A DNA stretch of 61,161 nt, filler included, from Platydemus manokwari (Eukaryota): NCBI GenBank assembly GCA_037951405.1. It is 5 parts of 5 records of this genome, joined end to end, with 100 filler letters (N's around TTAATTAATTAA, not from the genome) between each part and the next. Parts side by side here need not be neighbours in the genome. Positions count along the whole stretch, not along the records: positions 10,999 to 27,658 come from JBBMOY011154770.1; 4 more parts are not named here. One strand, 5' to 3'. The position numbers were made by a program, and so were the translations under genes. Shown here one piece after another: positions 12,731-25,400 of the stretch (its first letter is position 1; every line of letters begins with the position of its first letter). A model generated the notes under the pieces. The model was not told where the DNA came from. It made no database searches and saw nothing but the letters and a program-made list of their open reading frames with translations.

Positions 12731-15700
12731 AAAAATTTATGGAAAAAAAAGATTACTAAATATTCTAAAACTGATGCGTTTATTAATTAGATTGAGTGGT
12801 TGTTGATTTTAATTGCTTACACTGGTCCTAGAAAGCTTCAATAACTCGTTTGAGGACGAAGTTACCGGAAAATTTGCTGAAAATAACTAAATGTTAAACT
12901 TATTAATAGTTTTGATTGTGACATCAAGGATTCTGATTGTCATGTCATAACAACTGCTAGTTGTACACAGTAATTAATTAATGGTTAATGAATTAATGAC
13001 TATAGTTGGCTACGATACGTAGAGATGTTAAATTCATAAATCAATGATTGAGTAATAATACGTACTTAAGAAGGCCGAAAAATATTGACAGTAAAAGAAC
13101 AAAACAAAAATTTGGAAAATATTGCAACGCACTATTCAGGTAATTTATTGTGAAATACCCGCACGAGGGATATCGGAAGATACCAATTGGACGCGAATTA
13201 TAGTTAAATTTATTAAATTTTAGATTTATTAACTAAAGATTAATTAAGAACGAATGACAGTGATATGATTTTTCGATTTTACTCACTCTTGGAAGCAAGA
13301 TCTTTGGCAATCTTCGGTAATCAATTATCACATCTAAGTTAAAGTTTTCTTGATGTGTGTTCATTTCAAAATGTTATGCCTTTGTATAGTGTTTTTTCAC
13401 TAGTGAGTATCTTGTGCACTGGACCCATTTTATTTTAAGGTCATATTTTTCCCCATTTTCTGAAACAATGACTGTTATTATTTTTATTCGCTTATAAAAT
13501 ATGTAACATTTTTTCTGATTTATCCTTCTTACTCGTTTTTCATATCAGATAAGCGCTTATTTTTTGCTTCATTTCTCGCGATTTCGCTACAATTTTATTT
13601 TATTATTATTTAATTTTCTTGTTATGGTCTGTTTATAATTATTATTATTTTATTTATTATTGTTTAATATTTTGTTATATTATTACTACTATTACTATTA
13701 TTATGCTCACTGTCGTTATTTGTTTATCTTTAATTATGGTTTATTATGTAAACCATTTATTAAAATATGTCGCCTCTCATTAATATCTTTACCGATTTAC
13801 AATCTAAAGGAATTCTATACACAAGGATAATTATTCAAATCACAAGATACCAATATGCTAAAGATTGTCGGGGTTGTATTAATATAATAATAAGCCCAGA
13901 CTATAAATGCACAATTTGTAAAAAGATATAGATTAATATTGTAATAATATGAGAAGGATTTTTAACGCTAAATAGATTCCCAATTATGGTCACCCTAGAT
14001 CTTCAACTTATCTGGACTCCAAACAGATAAGAGGTTGTTGTCACTTAATCGCTCGGCGAATATAGAATAAAAATAATACAAAAAGATAATACAATAAAAT
14101 AAAATCGGCAAAAGCAAAATAGCCAAAATAAATGTATTAAATCAAAGTTGATAATCTATAATAAATTTTAAATATAAAGGCGGTGTTCTCTACTGTGGGA
14201 GGAAAGAGATATATGGTTAAGAAAAAAGTATAGGGCGTATCGCTTAGGTGTTCGGGTAAGCCTCTCGTGACAAAAAATTGAAAGTGTGGGACTGTTTGGT
14301 AGAACCTATTTGATTTTAATAGACCTCAAGACTAAAACTAGTCGTGGGTCGCAAATTAATTGAGCAGTTAAAAAATTAACTTGTGGGATGCATCTTCGAA
14401 TCAAAGTTGGAATACAAAATAGAAATTTCTTCAAAAGCTTCTGATCAAATTTGGCATACAATAGTCTTCAAAACGAAGTTTTTGGTCAATTGCAAAATTT
14501 TCGTACAAATTTTTAACGAGTCGAAATTGTGCAACAACTGTGGGTTGGTCTGTGCTTTTATACCTGCTTGACTGTTTTGTGTGCAACGTCAGCTATTTTC
14601 TCTACATCGGTTACTATTATTAGCAAGACTTACACGTCAGTGCCAAAAATAGTAACAACCCACAAATTTAGTCGATAAAGAATCTAAATTTAGGTGGTTT
14701 ATTTTTAGGACTGACGCAATTGCCAAAAATAGATTTGCTGATCATTTTTCTATGACCTTGAGGTCTAAACTATAATTTAGTTATTTGGAGCAGTCAAACA
14801 AATATAATTTTTCATTTATTAAAACATATTTTCTTTTAGTAATTTTTTATGATGGATTTATAATTTTTGCCCTTATTATTTTCTTTAATTTGAGACTTAA
14901 TTTTAAAAAAAAATTATATCAATTTATTTTTATTTTTTAGTTAATTTGATTGGGTCAAAATGGCCTGGTTAGTTCTCCACAAATATTATTGATGTTAAAA
15001 ATAAACTTCAAAATAAACATAAAGAAACACAAATTCAAATTAGTTCAAAAATTGATCAAAAGTTTTCATAAATCAGTTTTTATAAATCAAATGAATTGTA
15101 CTTTTCACCGAATGGAATTGTATGGTTTTGTTTTAGGAATCAGATCAGGTTTATATTGATTTGCATTTGGGTTAGAAGTACAATGCATTTGTAGTTGGTT
15201 TTTGTGAATAGAAAGATATTTGGGTGATTTGTTTGAATGGAAATTTTTATGTTGGAGATTCGTAAAAACTGGGTTGGGTGCTATTCTCAACAAGTTAAAT
15301 GAAATTGAAGTAATCATGCACTCATGGGAACTTTTGGAATAATATTTGAAAACGAATGACAGTTGATGATAAATTTAATAAATTGTGAAAGCCATGAGAC
15401 AATTGAAAGCATTCGGCAAGAAAAGATATATAACGAAGTAGAAAAACAAGAAGATAAACTAAGAATCATGACAAGAGATGATGAAGAAATAGAAGATGAA
15501 CAGGATAATATAACAAAAAATGAAAAAACAAGGAGAAGCTATAGAAAGGCCATCAGGAGTAAAGTCTGAAATTAAAATTAATAAAATCACTAAGGAAATA
15601 GATAACAATGATTCCTTAATATCAAATAAAAATAAAAAACACAAACCACAGAATAATCTGATCATGAAGAAAAACCAGAATGGGGGGATTAAACAAAAAA

Positions 15701-16087
15701 CACAAGCACTAAGTGTCGAAATCCGCTTCTTACTTACACAGACAAAGAGAGAGCTCATCCAAAAATAAATAATGAAATAGAAAATTAAACAACATTTACA
15801 ACCACTTAATTCTGAAACCCACTCGTTAGGAAAAATGAAGAAAACCATTAACAGGTAATAGAATTTTGTAGAAATAAAAGTGAAGAAGTATTAAATAAAA
15901 TACTAAGTGAAATACCTAGTAAGGAGAGCGCTAAAGAATTAATTAATATTGTGAATGAAGACGAAAGGATTCTCAGTGCACCATCAACAACGTTATAATT
16001 AATAAAAAATTATATGGGGCAAGAAGAGCAAGCATCACCAAAGACAAAGCTAAATAATCCAATAAAAGAGAAACTAATTTCATAGTA

Positions 16088-17048
16088 ATGGTAAACAATA
16101 ACAAATTTAAAATAAACGTGTATGGATTAGATAAACGATCTCAAATAAAAGATTCAAATGGTGAAGACACACGAACATATAAAGAAAGAAAAGATTATCA
16201 AATGTACCCAATTTATATATCTAAAAAAGAAACTTGTACTAAAGATATCAAACTTCTATTTTTAGAAGAAATGGGTAAAACACATTATGTTTACATAAAA
16301 AACTTTAATAAGTTCATGAAAGGTGAAATAAGTTATAAATTAAGAGATAATGAAAAATTAAATATGTGTTAAATGTTGCAGTTATTTTATAACAGAAAGC
16401 AGTTTTAAAAATCATCAAAGAATCTGTGGTAAAAATGAAAAAGAAATCACAAGAATAACCATACCTTTTAAATATATAAATGCGAAAGATTGTCAGATAT
16501 GTAAAAATAAAAACGAATGTTCATGTGACATTTCAAAATTTAAAAATTATAATCATCAAATAAGGTTAACTTTTAAAATGGTATCAGATATTGAAGCTAT
16601 AAATACACCAGTTAATATACCAACAGGAAAGAGTACAACACTTAAATATATAAAAAAACCCTCATGTAATTTCTTAAAATTATTATCAAGATACCCAGCT
16701 TTAATAGAAAATGAAGAAAAATTTATTTCAAGGTGAAAATTGTGTAAATGAATTTGTTGATTATATAATTGAAAATGAAAATAGATTTAAAGAAATATTA
16801 AATACCAAATTTGATAATTCTAACATATGCATTAATTGTAAAAAGGAATGTAAAAAGAAAGTTAGAGATCATGATCATTATCTAAAAGAAAACAATTACA
16901 GAGAATCACCATGTCAAGAACATAATTCACTAGCTAGAAAACCAAAAGATTCCCCCTATATTTCCATAATGGATCAAAGTATGATTTCCATTTAATAATA
17001 AAAGAATTAGCGGAGAAAATAAATAAAAAAACAAATAAAAATATTACC
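16088..17048 (+). mobile_element. Polinton/Maverick protein-primed PolB pseudogene fragment (protease His half, Zn finger, ExoI, EndoVII-like insert, ExoII)
   Basis: Across three frameshifts: KINVYG...YPIYISK...KLLFLE...HYVYIKNFNKF; CxKC...F...FKNHQRIC; FKNYNHQIRLTFKMVSDIE (ExoI DxE); GENCVNEF; CINC...KVRDHDHY...YR; FPLYFHNGSKYDFHLIIKEL (ExoII). Confidence 0.8.
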
Positions 17049-17837
17049 TTTAACATTTATTTTAAAATTATTATTATTTTCAAATTTCTTTATTTTATTA
17101 ATTGGTGTTAGAAATGTTAATCCTTCTGTTTAATTTATTAAAATGTTTGATATAATAACTTGGTCTATTTGGGTGGGCTCTTGAACTAATTGGATATAAA
17201 TGTGCAAGTATAGAATATAGAAAACATTGATTGTTAAAGTTCTCAATATTTATTAGAGCCACGTTTTTAAAAGGTAAAGTAAATAACTTTAGGCTGATAA
17301 TACCTTTACTTTAGAAATATTTACTGTTATACTCCCTAATTCAAATATATTCCACCCAATCCCTTGAACTCTCATTAGACAATTGTCAATTTGATTTGGA
17401 AAATCGTTTATTATTTGTCTTAAATTTGCTTCGGTTTCTTGCATTATTACAATCTTAATAGTTTGAAAAGATCTTATTTTTAATGTTGTGAATTCAGTTT
17501 CTTTTGTATTTGGATTAATTCTATGTAGTAATACTTTTACAACTATTTCATATTTAATGTTTTTATACTTGTTTAAAAATTCTAATATTTCTAAAGACTC
17601 CTCAAGAACGTGACTACATATATCTTTTGTTGGTATGAATTTCTTTTTAATAGTAATTGTTTTATAAATATCTGGCATACCTTCGTTTGTTGTAGAAATA
17701 CTTGGTTCCGTTGTATTATTATTGATATTGATATGACTATTTATTCGGTCAATATGTGCTTTAGATTTCTTATGGTTTCTTAAACCTTGCATATTTTTAA
17801 AAGTTTTATCACAAATTTCGTACTTTTTTTCGTTCAT
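17045..17837 (-). mobile_element. Polinton/Maverick pPolB N-terminal fragment (C2H2-like finger, terminal-protein region, protease Cys half)
   Basis: ORF 17289-17837 (ICDKTFKNMQGLRNHKKSKAH...QGIGWNI) continues after frameshifts as LPFKNVALINIENFNNQCFLYSILAHLYP...HPNRPSYY...GLTFLTPINKIKKFENNNNFKINV, the conserved N-terminal blocks of these polymerases. Confidence 0.75.
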
Positions 17838-19622
17838 TTTTAAACCTTCTTTTTATATAGGAAATAGCTTAATGATGAAAAATACTTTAGTTTTTGTGCT
17901 GGGTGAATTACAAATATGAATGAAAGTTCATTGGATTTTGTAGGTTGCTCTTTTATAGATTTTACTCTAAATTAAAAACATGAAAAATTGAGTTTTAATG
18001 AAGTAACAGTAGTAGTGTACACCAGGCTCTCGGCACCTTATTTTGAACCTTCAGTTGAGCGAATGTATATATGAGCAACAGCCTACTGTTTTTTGATATT
18101 TGAGTTGTTAAATTGACCTACACTATTTTTAGTATTGACGTGGTTACTAAATATAGATTTTGACCTTGGGTTCCATCTGGGTGACCTGGAGGTAATTTAA
18201 ACAAAAGAATTTGTTTTAGAAAAACAAAATTTTTGTTTTATTTATTTTTAAATAATTTTTTTTAATTTTTGAATTTTATTCAATTTATTTTTTCTACTTA
18301 ATATAAGAATTTTTAAATTTAAATTTTTTATGTTTTTAATATTCTTTTTGTTCTTATATATGTATATATATGCTTGTATTATAATTTAATGTGTCTGGTA
18401 GGGTTGGATTCCACAACGATGAAACCCCAAAAACTTTTTAAAAAGAGGGTTCATTGAACCCCTATAATAATCTGGGTAGGGGAACCCATCTCTTGTCATC
18501 CTTGATGTTTCCATTTAGATTTGCAGTTTTAACTACCCGACATACGAGTATATTTCGATCAAAAATGCTTTGGAATGAAATCAATATCATAAGCAACCTA
18601 GAAATCGTCAATCAACATCAATGTGCCATTCTAATTTTCTACTGGAAGAACAAACAGTAAGATAATACATTTAAAATCACATATTTATATTTATCGCATA
18701 ATCTTCCTATTTATATAGCTTAATCTCAAAAATTCTCTTGAAACAGACACTTACCCAATAGCTACGAAGCATCTCATTGGTCAATAATCTTCTTCCCTTG
18801 AATTGTACATTAGTTCCAAAGATCATGTGTGTCTAAGAAGCATTAAAATTATAGCTATATAAAAGTATTAAATCTTATATAAGTGTATGAAAGTATTGAA
18901 TTTGTTTTATTTGATTTTAATACATATTTTGGAGTTATAATTTGCTTTGTATTCATTTAGCATTAAGCTTTGATAGGATTCATAAATTCATCATTAAATA
19001 TTTCATTATCATTCATCACCTTTTGAAGTTATTCAGATGCATTGTTAAATTAATTGAAACTGGTAATAAAATCAAAATCATCGTTGAAACAAAAATAGGA
19101 GCATTGATAAGGTTAAAATTAAATAAATCGTTATCTATACCGAGGTAAAGGAACAACATTGAAACGAGGTCTAATTACTACCTAAGGGTCAGATGGACTC
19201 TATAGACTGATAAAGACGTAGATATCGTTTAACCAAATCCAATAACAATAAATTAAAATAAACCAAAGACCCTGGCAACGTAACATTATTATAATAATAA
19301 TTTAGAAGAATTCAAAAATGAATTAAACAGAGGCTCAAAACAAAGAATTATTTTAGAGGTTAGTCTTTAATATCAAGATAAAGAATAACGGCTATTAAAT
19401 ATATTTTATCATTATGTGTTTTGTTTATTTATTTAGAATACAATTTAAATCGTGAATATTTTAATTGCATTTTTCAAATGGTTCTTATCTCATTAAACTA
19501 AAATATTTGAAAAATAATTATATTTAAAAGTTCTTCAAAAAATAATTGTGTAATCATGATATTTTGTTTTGTAACCTTTATTTAAAGACTTATTATTTTA
19601 GTTTGGATTTATTGTGATTAAT

Positions 19623-20957
19623 ATGAAATTTTATCAAAGACTAATTGGTTGTTTTTCTTTCATTTGTTTTTTATTTCTTGTATATTATCGATATTATTGG
19701 AAAGAAGTTAAAGATATGACGATTAACCTGAAATCGAAAACTAATAATGAACCTAAAATGATATTCATCGTTAATGACACTCGATGCAATGTCAACTATA
19801 CAACTGATGTAGTAAATGAAAACGTATTTCAACCGATCGATTTAAGTACAAAACTATCAAAAGGATATGTTTACAGTGCTTATTATGATGACAGACAGAG
19901 TAAACAGGTGATCGTTGTTTCTATATTAGAGAGTTCGTCTAATATTGATTGCATTTTGTGGTTCTCAAAACAAGTATCGATGATTGTCCAAGGAAATATT
20001 TATATGATTCCCGAAGGATCTGGTAGGCGATATACAGCGAGCTATATTTATTGCCCTTTCAAATCATCAAAAATCCCAAAATATGTTTCTATAATACGTC
20101 AGCCATGTCATTCCATTGATAATCTCGTGAAAATAAAACCAATTGACAAAAATAAACAATTAAAACGACAATTTTCCGACTGTGTGACACCATTGAATCT
20201 CAAATATAATAATGTTAACCAATTGATTGAAATGCTTTCCATCAATGAACTGATGGGTGTTTCACATTTCTATTTCTACAATTATTCATCGGGAAACGAT
20301 GCGGACATCATTTTCCGTGATTATGTCAAACGTGGCATCATCACCATTCAACCATGGCATTTGCCCATGAAAGTCCACATTTGGCCGATTCCACCGGGCT
20401 ATGAGGAAGAAGTAAAATATTTCGGCCAAATGGCAGCATTGAATGATTGTCTGTTGAGAAATATGGGCCATTACAAATACGTTGCCTTTGTGGATCTAGA
20501 TGAATATTTGATACCCCGACAGCATCGCAATTGGGAGGAATTGTTCCGGGAAATCATCGACCGCAAATATGGCTCCTCGAAAGCTTGGATTTTCAGAAAT
20601 ATCTTCTTTAAAACCGAATGGCCGAGCGATGAAGAAATGGCCAAGAATCAAACAATTGCATCATTGAAAGCAATGAGCCTGTTGAAAGTGCGTCGAGAAT
20701 CGACGATTTATGATGCATTTCAGCGTTCGAAAATGATTGTCGACCCACTCGCCATTGATGTTGTCGGTGTTCACAATATTTGGAAATTCCAACCGGGCGG
20801 GCGCGAATCCGTCTTGAATTCCGATGAAGGTCTGTGCCATCATTATCGGTTCTGGGATGGAATGGGCCAGAAAGAGTTCGTGATTGATAAAAATATTTTC
20901 CGATTACGAGAAGATCTGGTTGGAATTATTCAGAAAAATCGCAAAAAATTTTTTTAG
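19623..20957 (+). CDS. Glycosyltransferase family 92 (GALT-1-like galactosyltransferase), type II membrane protein, single coding exon
   Basis: 444-codon ORF from ATG 19623. N-terminal TM anchor (LIGCFSFICFLFLVYY); VYSAYYDDR; CVTPL; GVSHFYFYN; YFGQMAALNDCL; DxD motif FVDLDEYLIP; RSKMIVDP...VGVH; HHYR. AG acceptor at 19600-19601 just upstream. Confidence 0.9.
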   Translation: MKFYQRLIGCFSFICFLFLVYYRYYWKEVKDMTINLKSKTNNEPKMIFIVNDTRCNVNYTTDVVNENVFQPIDLSTKLSKGYVYSAYYDDRQSKQVIVVSILESSSNIDCILWFSKQVSMIVQGNIYMIPEGSGRRYTASYIYCPFKSSKIPKYVSIIRQPCHSIDNLVKIKPIDKNKQLKRQFSDCVTPLNLKYNNVNQLIEMLSINELMGVSHFYFYNYSSGNDADIIFRDYVKRGIITIQPWHLPMKVHIWPIPPGYEEEVKYFGQMAALNDCLLRNMGHYKYVAFVDLDEYLIPRQHRNWEELFREIIDRKYGSSKAWIFRNIFFKTEWPSDEEMAKNQTIASLKAMSLLKVRRESTIYDAFQRSKMIVDPLAIDVVGVHNIWKFQPGGRESVLNSDEGLCHHYRFWDGMGQKEFVIDKNIFRLREDLVGIIQKNRKKFF

Positions 20958-21180
20958 CCTTTTTTTGCTTTATCAGTTTATTCATTGGTTTATTCATATT
21001 TTTTCTATTTAAAATGTTCATTTTCATTAATCAATAATTTAATATTGTTGTTTGTTATCGATTATTTCACTGGGGTTATTTTATTAATCTATCATATATA
21101 ATTTCAATCAAAGTAATGGAAAATCATTTCAATGATTGAAAATATCGATTTATTCTCCAATACAATATTCGCAATGCACC

Positions 21181-21207
21181 GTTGACATGGCAACGTCAGT
21201 AAGCAAC
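21181..21207 (+). promoter_or_regulatory. Near-consensus RFX X-box
   Basis: gttgacatggcaac at 21181-21194 matches GTTGCCATGGCAAC at 13/14 positions and is followed by a second half-site agcaac. Confidence 0.4.
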
Positions 21208-21899
21208 AATTCTAATTATTTCATCAATAAACTTAGTTCTTGAAAAAATTCAATAAGCTTAGCAGATAATTTCAACACACAGAATTCATTGTTCTTGTTA
21301 TGGATTGTCTTATTTTTCTCATGGAAAATATGTGATGATTTTTAATTTGGATAGAATAACAATTAAAAATCGATGCACCTGAGTTGATGGTTTGGCTTGT
21401 AATTAATTTTTTAAACGTTAGGTTGTGCGTTGTCATTGGTGCCTATATTGATAATTTATGACAGTTGGTTTCGTATTCTTTGACAATAATAATATATTTG
21501 TGAAAATATAATCGATTTCAAAGTATTAGAAACAGTAAATCTGAAACTCCGAGTCCAATATAATCAGCTGTTTAGAATCGATATGTTTATTGATTTAATG
21601 AAGTTCGAATATTTTGAAATGATATTCATTAAAATTGCCCTTTTATAATTACACCTCATTAATCACTAACTCGTATTGAAAGTACACAACCGTAGTAATT
21701 TTCCACAATCTACAGTAACTCTACTTTTAGTGATTATTTGACACTGATACAAAAATTATTGATTTCCAGAAATGTCATATTAAAGCTTTATGATATAGGT
21801 TAATATAGAATGCGCAAGGCAAATAAGTCGATTGCATCATAAGCAAATAAATTGGAAATAAATATCATTAAAAGTGAAACAAACAATAAACAGTATGTT

Positions 21900-22400
21900 A
21901 GTAGTAGGTACCACTAGACTATGAAACCGTATCCTTGATAGGCAAGAAAGACAAAATAATATCAATTTTATATTTAAAAATGACTATGAATGGTTTCTAC
22001 ATCAATAGAAGAATAAATAAATTGAGAAAAACTAGCTTTAAAAAATAAATTAAATAAAGAAGCTGAAGAAAAATAACATTCCAATTTTATTAAATCTAGA
22101 TATTGCTGAATTTTTCAAACCAGTTGTTCAAAATCAGGGAAAATAAAAATTAGCAGCAGAGGAAGGAGATAAAATTAAAAAGCAATTAATAATAAACTAG
22201 AAAGTATAAATAAAGCTTTAGATGTTAATTCAAAGAAACATTCAACAAAATAAAGTAAAACCTATCCATATAAATTTTCAAAAGTTTAAAGTAAATGGGG
22301 AAATATTATCCTCAAATTCAATCATTATATCTTTAGAAAAAAGGATATTAGATGGTATTGATTTTCAATCAATAAAAATATACACGAATTTTTAATTGCT
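21900..22400 (+). mobile_element. Possible Polinton-derived ORF remnant
   Basis: Begins at agtagtag (Polinton-like terminal microrepeat). Broken ORF EKLALKNKLNKEAEE...LDIAEFFKPVVQNQ resembles FKP-motif coiled-coil ORFs I recall from Polintons. Weak. Confidence 0.25.
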
Positions 22401-25400
22401 GTATTAAATAATGTTTATTTAAATTAGTAATTTTAAATTTTTAAATTTATTTATTTTATTAACTGTAATTTATATTTTAAGTGATATTTTAGAAGCATTG
22501 AGTGTATTGTTCTTGCCACTTTTATAAATTTAAAGACAGAAATCAAAAGACCTACCAAATTTAAATATTAGGATTAATATTTTGTGGGTACATTGTTTTA
22601 ATTTATTATAATTTGTATTCTTGGTGTTATCTTAATTGCATTCCCCATCTCAATGTTTCTAGATATTAACACAAATAGAAACACAATGACCTTACCAAGT
22701 TTCAGACCTTTGCAACCACATCTCAAATTTAACTCAAACTCTTATTACTATTTTCACTATTTGCAGCAACATGATGAGTAAATTTTTATATTTTTATTAT
22801 GCGCCCACAACGATCTCAATAGCTGTGTGGCTGATTAAAATTTACTAAGTTCCACTTATTATCCTTCTTTTATAATCACAGGGATATCTCGCCACTTAGT
22901 TTGGCACACTTGACTGTTCTTCTGAAGGGTCTATCCGTCAACAATAGAAATTGTACCTTTAGTGTATTAAAAAATTCGATTTATATTGCTAATAAATTTA
23001 TTCTATTGTAGCATTTTATTTGATAATTTATTATTACTCATATTTTTCCGGATAGCTTATATTCACCTGACAATTTTTATTTAAAATATTCTTTGTAGTA
23101 TATGAGAGTGATTGAACACTTCCTACGTATCTGAGACCCGCAGATTCTGTTGGGAACAAAATCGCAACCTAACCTTTTATTTATAACTTCAATTCAATCG
23201 ATAAGTGGTATTCGTTGTTATCCTATAACTTCAGAATTTCAATTTCATTTCATTTATTAATTATGTCTTCATAAAATCCCAACAACTCTCTACCCGGGAT
23301 CACAACTCTATATATGCCCAGTATTTTACTGGAAGACCAAACAACAAGATGTGGTATTGAGAAAAGTGTTGGAGCTTTGACAGAATAACTGAATCACACT
23401 AAACTTTGCTCAACATTGCACACTAATTTTTATAACAATTGTATTTTTATTCATGACAATATGTATAACACCTAAATTAATTTTTATTGGTTTAATTTTT
23501 ATTTAATCAGTGTTTATTTTTTTATGATTTGACAATCCTTGGAACGCTTTGGTGAAATCAGTTTGAAATAAAATTTATAAAATAATATATTGAATATTCA
23601 TAATACTTATTATCCATAAATATCTAAAATAATAATGTCAGTAAAGGTCATTTAGATTTCCTAAACCCATTAAATTTCCTAAATAATAACTAACCTAATA
23701 TGTTATCGCCTAATAATACTGACAAATGAATTGTCATTTATTATCACGCGCATTAAATACAGGTAGTGAATAAATATCCTATCGGTTAAATTTGATCATT
23801 GAGAATTTGTCTCTGTGAAATGAATTTAATCGCAGAGAATTTCTGTTTGGCGATAATAAATGCATGCCATTAAATTTTGATCGTAGAGAATTTCTTCAAG
23901 TGACAAGTAAGGCAGCCGTAATGATTATCACAGATACATTTATTGGATACATTATTATTGTACAGATTGTTCTATTCGAAGAGAAACGCAATAATATCAA
24001 CATCGAGATTGAGATCCAGCAGAAACCAAGAAGATCATTCTGTGTCGTGGATAAAAATTCTATATATGCCCAGTATTTAAATGGAAGACTATACAGTAAG
24101 ATGCATGTTAATAAAATACTAATCAATACTATAGTTTCATTGCCCATCTCTTATTATCGAGCTTTGGTTTTGCTCCAAGAGTGTGGTGTTTATAAACCGC
24201 CATTCTTTATCCAGGAATTGCTAAGATTCATTGGAAGGTTTGTTGTATAGTGTATCTTTACAATCAATCTGTAAATAAAATTCAATAAGGCTCGAACTCA
24301 ACAATACATGCATAGCAACCAATTAATTACAGAAGACAAATGGAAAATTCTAATTCGAAAAATAGACATAGGCACACATAGTCACAAACACAAACATAAA
24401 GATTTGTACATTTGTAGATTGAAAACCGAGTTTTATGTCGTTATTTTATATTGATTTGTGGGTTTTTGTTGAATATTAGAGTCATTTGTGTACGTAGTTA
24501 TTAGTAGAATTTAGTAAAATATAAATTCCAACATTCAATTATTTTAGACCGCAAAATTAGTTAACTAATCTGCTACATACTAATTGCGAAAAATAATTTA
24601 ACATAAGTACACTAGAATCATAACAAAAATTTCACAAAGAATAATAGGCGGAATTAATAATTATTATTTCAATAAATTGACGCATTCGTGTTGTAAATAG
24701 GGGCTTATACGGAACTTAGATCAACCTAAAAAATTAGTATAAAAGGGCGATGCAGAATTGGTTAAGGTACCCAATATCTCATTACTAGTTTAGCATTCGG
24801 TCGAAGATTACTAAGAGCAACGAAGGATGCGATTTATGCGATGATTCAATGAATGCACAAGTGTTAAATTTTATTATATAACTTGAAGTCGGCTTTTTCA
24901 GAACTGGCAAAAGTAAGAAAATCATATGTAAGAATTTCAATCAATAGTAACTTAAAATAATGTTTTAAATTATTACAATTAATACTATAAACTGAAATAA
25001 AGTAAAAAGTACTTCATGGATATTACAAAACGGAAGTTAATATTGAATTTTTAAAAATTTTAACCAGTAAATATCAATAAACAAAAAGTCTAATGAAAAC
25101 CTTCATTAAATTATGAGAAATTACTTATGATGGTAAGAAGGTGGACGAATCAACCTTTAAACTCGGGTAGATCTTGTGACATTAGAGGACTAAATTTCGA
25201 CCAGTACAAAATGATATTTTATTACGTACTTTGTAACCCATTTTGAGATATTCAAAACTTTATTTTCCTTGAGTTTAATAAAAATATATCCATTAATCGT
25301 GATCATTTTACAAGATACAACTGAGAATTGAAAATTCATAATTTCGAATATTTGGAGAAAAATTTAACCGATTAGTGTTATCCATCAGGAACAACATCCG

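Noticed and set aside
14320-14767. 11-bp inverted repeat tagacctcaag / cttgaggtcta
   Set aside because: Too short to call a TIR, no TSD seen, and it overlaps the TGACCTTG motif already reported.
15060-16080. Lys/Glu/Asn-rich broken ORFs upstream of the pPolB fragment
   Set aside because: Probably decayed transposon coding sequence (LINE ORF1-like or Polinton), but no motif I can assign with confidence.
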